64,000 nt of DNA from Eledone cirrhosa (lineage: Eukaryota), in assembly GCA_964016885.1 (NCBI GenBank), contig OZ024756.1:14942001-15006000 (forward strand). The letters run 5' to 3'. Shown in pieces: positions 59,096-64,000 of this stretch. How positions within the stretch are numbered: the stretch's first letter is position 1; every line of letters starts with the position of its first letter. The notes below the pieces were generated by a model. It saw only the letters and a list, made by a program, of their open reading frames with translations. It was not told where the DNA came from and did not search any database. The translations under genes were made by a program, and so were the position numbers.

Positions 59096-59705
59096 ATGTC
59101 AGGTCACCAGTTGGTGCTACTGGTAACATGTATCCCAGTACAACCTGTCTCATGGTCGGGTCGTTGACGACTAAACTGGCAACCCCACCAAGGTTTCTTG
59201 GTGAGGAGGGTGACTTTGGACATCCTGCAGGACTAAATACAAAACCTGTCAAAGGGCAAAGGAGCTCTTAAGAGTCAATGGCCATCCAAAATCACCGGGA
59301 GAGATGACCCCTTAGCCTTTGTCAAGGCAGAGTTCTAGGAGAAGGAAAACTCTGATATAACACCTGCAACCCTGATGGTATCCAATGATGTTGACTTGTT
59401 CTTCTTTTTGGTAAATATCATCTTGGTTAAGAGAGTGGGACTGGCTTTGTGCAGTGCCTTTGCTCACTATAAAAGCTTCACGGCACAGGCATTGCTTTAT
59501 ATCTGGAGATCTCTCTGCACTTGTCATCACATGGTACCATGGGCCCAGCACTATGTGTCAATAATGGTCACAAGTGTAGTCTTTGTACCAGAGTTTTCAA
59601 GTCGCTGGCTGGACTAAAAAGTCACACTCGTTCAGCGCATCGGTAGGGGTTCTCCTACATGGATATAAAGTAGTGGCCGTGCTCGAAAACGAGTTGGCAG
59701 CCACC
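59096..59705 (+). mobile_element. ~610 bp non-autonomous RTE-derived element, copy 3
   Basis: Same termini and length as copies 1 and 2, with a few substitutions. Flanked by (TA)n. Confidence 0.8.
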
Positions 59706-59765
59706 ATATATTTATATATATATATAATAATAATTATAAAATGTGGAGAAGGAGCACACGAGTTG

Positions 59766-59837
<72 letters not shown>

Positions 59838-60179
59838 AGAAAAAGAACGATTACTAGGAAGAAAAATATTTTTTTTCCTCATTTTTTTCTCTTTTTTCTG
59901 GGATAGAAAATGTTTAAAACAAAATATTTTACTTTGTGTGAAGTGTTGAGGTATTAGTTAATTTATTTATGAATTAGCAATAGCATTTATTTATTTATTT
60001 TATTAATATATTTATTTAATGATTATCAATTACCGGTTTCAGCATTTTATGCATTATCAAATTATGTGAGTGGGAGAGAAAAAGAGGGGAATTTTTATTG
60101 GTTAAGGTGATGTTGAACATGTTATTGAAATGGGAAAGAAAGAATAATATTATTTACAAACAAGGTTTTTGAAGTCAAG

Positions 60180-60575
60180 TGGTGATGGTGGTGACAGTGG
60201 TGGTGGTGGTGGTGGTGGAGGTGGTGTGGTGGTGACAGTGAAGGTGGTGGTGGTGGTGGTGTTGGTGACAGTGGTGGTGTTGGTGGTGGTGACAGTGGTG
60301 GTGGTGGTGGTGGTGGTGTGGTGGTGACAGTGAAGGTGGTGGTGGTGTTGGTGACAGTGGTGGTGTTGGTGGTGGTGGTGGTGACAGTTGTGGTGGTGTT
60401 GGTGGTGACAGTGGTGGTGGTGACGGTGGTGGTGGAGGTGGTGTGGTGGTGACAGTGAAGGTGGTGGTGGTGGTGACAGTGGTGGTGGTGGTGACAGTGG
60501 TGGTGGTGTGGTGGTGACAGTGAAGGTGGTGGTGGTGGTGACAGTGGTGGTGGTGGTGACAGTGGTGGCGGTGGC
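60180..60575. repeat. (GGT)n tract punctuated by GACAGT
   Basis: Direct reading. Confidence 0.92.
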
Positions 60576-60675
60576 AAATACTCCCCCTCCCTCTACTTTT
60601 CCTTCTATTTTTAATTCTGTATTTGTGTATGTATATGTATGTGTATGTTTATGTGTGTGTATGTGTTTATATGTA

Positions 60676-60713
<38 letters not shown>

Positions 60714-60960
60714 TGTGTATGTATGTGTGTGTGTATGTGTATGCATATGTGTATATGTATTTGTATACATATGTGTATGTATGTGTATGTATCTGTATGC
60801 ATGTGTGTATGTATGTGTATGTACGTCTATGTGTGTGTGTATGTATGTGTATGTATGTGTATGTATCTGTATGCATGTGTGTGTATGTATGTGTATGTAT
60901 GTGTATGTATGTGTATGTATGTATGTGTATGTATGTGTGCGTGTGTATATGAATATGTAT

Positions 60961-61297
60961 GGCGGTGAATGTATGGCAGAGTTGTTAGAATGTCGGATAG
61001 AATGCTTTATGGTATTCCGGCTCCCTCAGTTCAAATCCAGCCGAGGTCAACTTTACCTTTCATCCTTTTGAGGTCGATAAAATACCAGTCTACTACTGGG
61101 GTCGATTCTTCCTCTATATCTCTTTCTCATTTCTTCACTCTCACTTTCTATCTTTCTCTGGAAGAAATCTGCTGCAGTCAGTCCTGGATAGGATATGGGC
61201 TCCAGCAGGTTTAAAATGTCCAAGAAACGTCGTATGTCAATATGGCGGCCCCACAACTTCTCAGGAGTTCCGGGACTATACCATATACCATACCATA
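60961..61297 (+). mobile_element. Longer SINE subfamily with a different 3' tail ending in (CCATA)n
   Basis: Same head and body, then a CT-rich linker and ctccagcaggtttaaaatgtc...ataccataccat. Related pieces at 28962-28997, 29060-29415 and 50420-50495. Confidence 0.7.
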
Positions 61298-61460
61298 TGT
61301 ATGTGTGTGTATGTGCTGCTGTAGAAATGTGTGTGTATGTTTAGTAATCTTTCTACCTATTTCTCTTTCTCTCTCACTTTTTAAACTGTTTCTTGATGAA
61401 ACCTCCTTTAAATAATGGCATATTCCACCGTCTTTCTATTCTTTCTTCCACCCTCACAAG

Positions 61461-61598
61461 GACCTATATACGCCCAAGAACGAAATGGTCTGAGGATTCT
61501 AAACGTGACCGCTGAAGATGCTGGTATGTACACCTGTGTTTCAGAAATCACCCATATGGGGATATTTCGAAGTAAGGTAATCACAGTTCGAGTCAAAG
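61461..61598 (+). CDS. Exon 5, C-terminal half of Ig domain 2 (gene continues beyond the window)
   Basis: Polypyrimidine tract plus acaag acceptor, donor G|gtaagc. Encodes PIYAQERNGLRILNVTAEDAGMYTCVSEITHMGIFRSKVITVRVK, with DAGMYTC and an NVT sequon. Phase 1 to 1. Confidence 0.93.
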
Positions 61599-62680
61599 GT
61601 AAGCCAGTTTTTCTCAATTTCACAATATTCAACTTTTTTTCATCTTACTTTTAATTCTGATCAATATGGAAACAATTGTAATATGAAGTAAAGTTTCACA
61701 AAAAGCTGCAATTCTTATTCTGTTTGTCTGTTTGTATATATATTAATCAATGAAAAAAGAGTTAGTTGATTTGTAATCAACTCATTCTTATATGTGAAGC
61801 ACTCAACGGTATAAATTTATCCGGGGTATTATTATAACTAGCAGAAAAACCACCCTTCGGATGTAGTGTGTATATTGATATTATACGCAAGTATATATGC
61901 ATGTAGATATGATCAAATAAAATCGTAATTGACAATATACACAGAAATTGAACGAAGACTGCGTTACACTCTCTTATGTAATCAGTAACGTAATCGATGA
62001 TACATAAAAAAAAGACGATATTATATATAAACTGCATTAGGAGAAAATTAGTGACGGAAATATATGAATGTTTATTTAAGCGATCGCTAACCGGAAGTGT
62101 TGACATTTGAAAATGTTAAAGAAGTGAATCTCTAAATAAGCAATAAAATATATTTAATCAACAGCTACGAAATTTAGTAGATAAATTATGTAATATTCAT
62201 TCATTATTTATTCAAAGTAATCCAACTTATTTTACTAACTGGATTAAAAGAAATAAACCGTACGCAGTCCCGCACTCCTTACTTTATTATAGTTTAGATA
62301 ATAATAGTAATAAACGGAAGATATATACTTTATATCATCTCTATTTCATTATATATGATTCGAAGATGCAAAATGTTATGTTATACATAAAACAAAACAT
62401 GTCCTCTTCAGACAAAATACATATGAGATGTATAACTTTTTTTATGATATGCTGGTAGACAAACGAGCTGGACAGCTCGGTGACCACCATGCATATGCAT
62501 ATATTATATATAGAAATGGCTTCTACAGGACTAGAACTGCTTCATTCGCAGGAAATCATCAGGAAAGCCGAAACAGTTCTAGTCCTGTAGAAGCCATTTC
62601 TATATTAAATACTTGTACTCTGTTATGTATTGAGTACCTTACTGTGGTTACCCCCGATTGAATCCGGGATACACACACAC

Positions 62681-62742
<62 letters not shown>

Positions 62743-64000
62743 AGAGGGTCGGATGCCAGGCTTTTCAGCATAGAGTTATGGTCCTTTACGGTCTGAGTTC
62801 AAATTCCGCCGAGATTAACTTTGCCTTTCATCCTTACGGGGTCGATGAAATAAAGTACCAGTAATGCACTGGGATAACTGCTGGCCTTGTGCCAAAAGTA
62901 GAAACAATTATTACTATTTCAATAAGGGCCGAGATTAACTTTGCCTTTCATCCTTACAGGGTCGATAAAATAAAGCACCAGTAACACACTGGGGTCGATT
63001 TAATCGACTTTCTCCTCTCCCAAATTGCTGGCCTTGTGTCTACAGTAGAAATCATTTGTAACTCATTGTTATTGTGATTCTATATTATTGTTGTTGTTGT
63101 TGTTATTTTCATCTTTCAAATTTGAAATCACTGAAGCGTGAAATCATGTGGCAGTTGCAAGTATTTTACTTTCATTTTTCTGGTGGTTTTGCTGTTGTTT
63201 TTTTCTTGTAATATTTGACTAAGTTTACGATTTGTTGTTGTTGTTGTTGTTGTTGTGGTGTGTATGGTGGTGTGTATGGTGGTGTGTATGGTGGTGGTGG
63301 TGGTGAAAGAGAAATAGTGGTGGTGGTGGTAGTGGTAGTGGTGGTGTGTATGGTGGTGGTGGTGGTGGTGGTGGTGATGAAAGAGAAATAGTGGTTGTGG
63401 CGGTGTGTATGGTGGTGTGTATGGTGGTGGTGGTGGTAGAAGTGTGGAAAGTAATGGCGGTCGTTGTGCGTTCTTCGTAGTTGTTATTGAAGGTGGGTGG
63501 TGGTGGTTTTAGTGGTGTGGTTGGTGGTTTAATGGAGGGTCATAGTTCTTATTGGTGATGATGGTGGTGATGGTTTTGACGGTAGTGATGCTAGTCTGGT
63601 TGTGGTTGGGGTTGTTATTTTTCAGCTCCATTTAATTTTATAAATGGAGATCGTCAAACTTAAAACGATCTGACGTTAATCCCGTTAGCTTCGGATTAAA
63701 CGTGACTTGGCGCCGTGTTTTGGCAACTGGAAAACGCGCGTGTGTATGTATGTGTGTATATGTGTTGCATAATTAACTGTTTACAATATATACATTCATA
63801 CATGGATACACATATTCACACACTTGCCTATAAATACTCGTTTACTATCACACACACACGCACACGCACACACACACACGCACACACACGCACACACACA
63901 CACACTCCCACTAGGATTTTTGCAAAAATACGAATATACTGTCATATACTACCTCGTCCTCCATATATGTATGTATGTATGTATGTATATATAATATATA

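Noticed and set aside
59096-59240. HDV-like ribozyme at the 5' end of the RTE-derived element
   Set aside because: Partial elements are visible (ggtcacc/ggtgact and hairpins followed by ctaaa), but I could not assemble a consistent P1-P2-P3-P1.1-P4 double pseudoknot by eye.
61576-61582. Alternative donor AAG|gtaatc inside exon 5
   Set aside because: It would change the phase and truncate the Ig G strand. The downstream G|gtaagc fits better.

Overview
Eukaryotic, very AT- and microsatellite-rich genomic DNA. The repeat landscape looks cephalopod (octopus-like), but that is an inference. One host gene is clear on the + strand: a signal-peptide exon and four Ig-domain exons (2691-2769, 36593-36755, 49562-49704, 51948-52082, 61461-61598). 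They splice in frame through GT-AG introns into the N-terminus of an NCAM/fasciclin-II/apCAM-like adhesion protein that continues past the window. The introns hold decayed RTE LINEs, an R4/Dong-type RLE LINE, two kinds of Penelope-like elements (PLEs), about 20 tRNA-derived SINEs, a ~610 bp bipartite RTE-derived element (3 copies), two mariner-type MITEs, long (TA)n/(TACA)n tracts and a 200-N gap. The most striking unannotated signal is about 11 short non-coding motifs that fold as minimal type-I hammerhead ribozymes (stem I-CUGANGA-stem II-GAAA-short, mostly palindromic stem/loop III-UH-stem I'). They belong to at least four sequence families and mostly sit in fold-back mini-elements inserted in (TA)n. 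Seven are sense to the pre-mRNA. Almost all long ORFs in the supplied track are microsatellite artefacts. All structures were read by eye; nothing was searched or computed.
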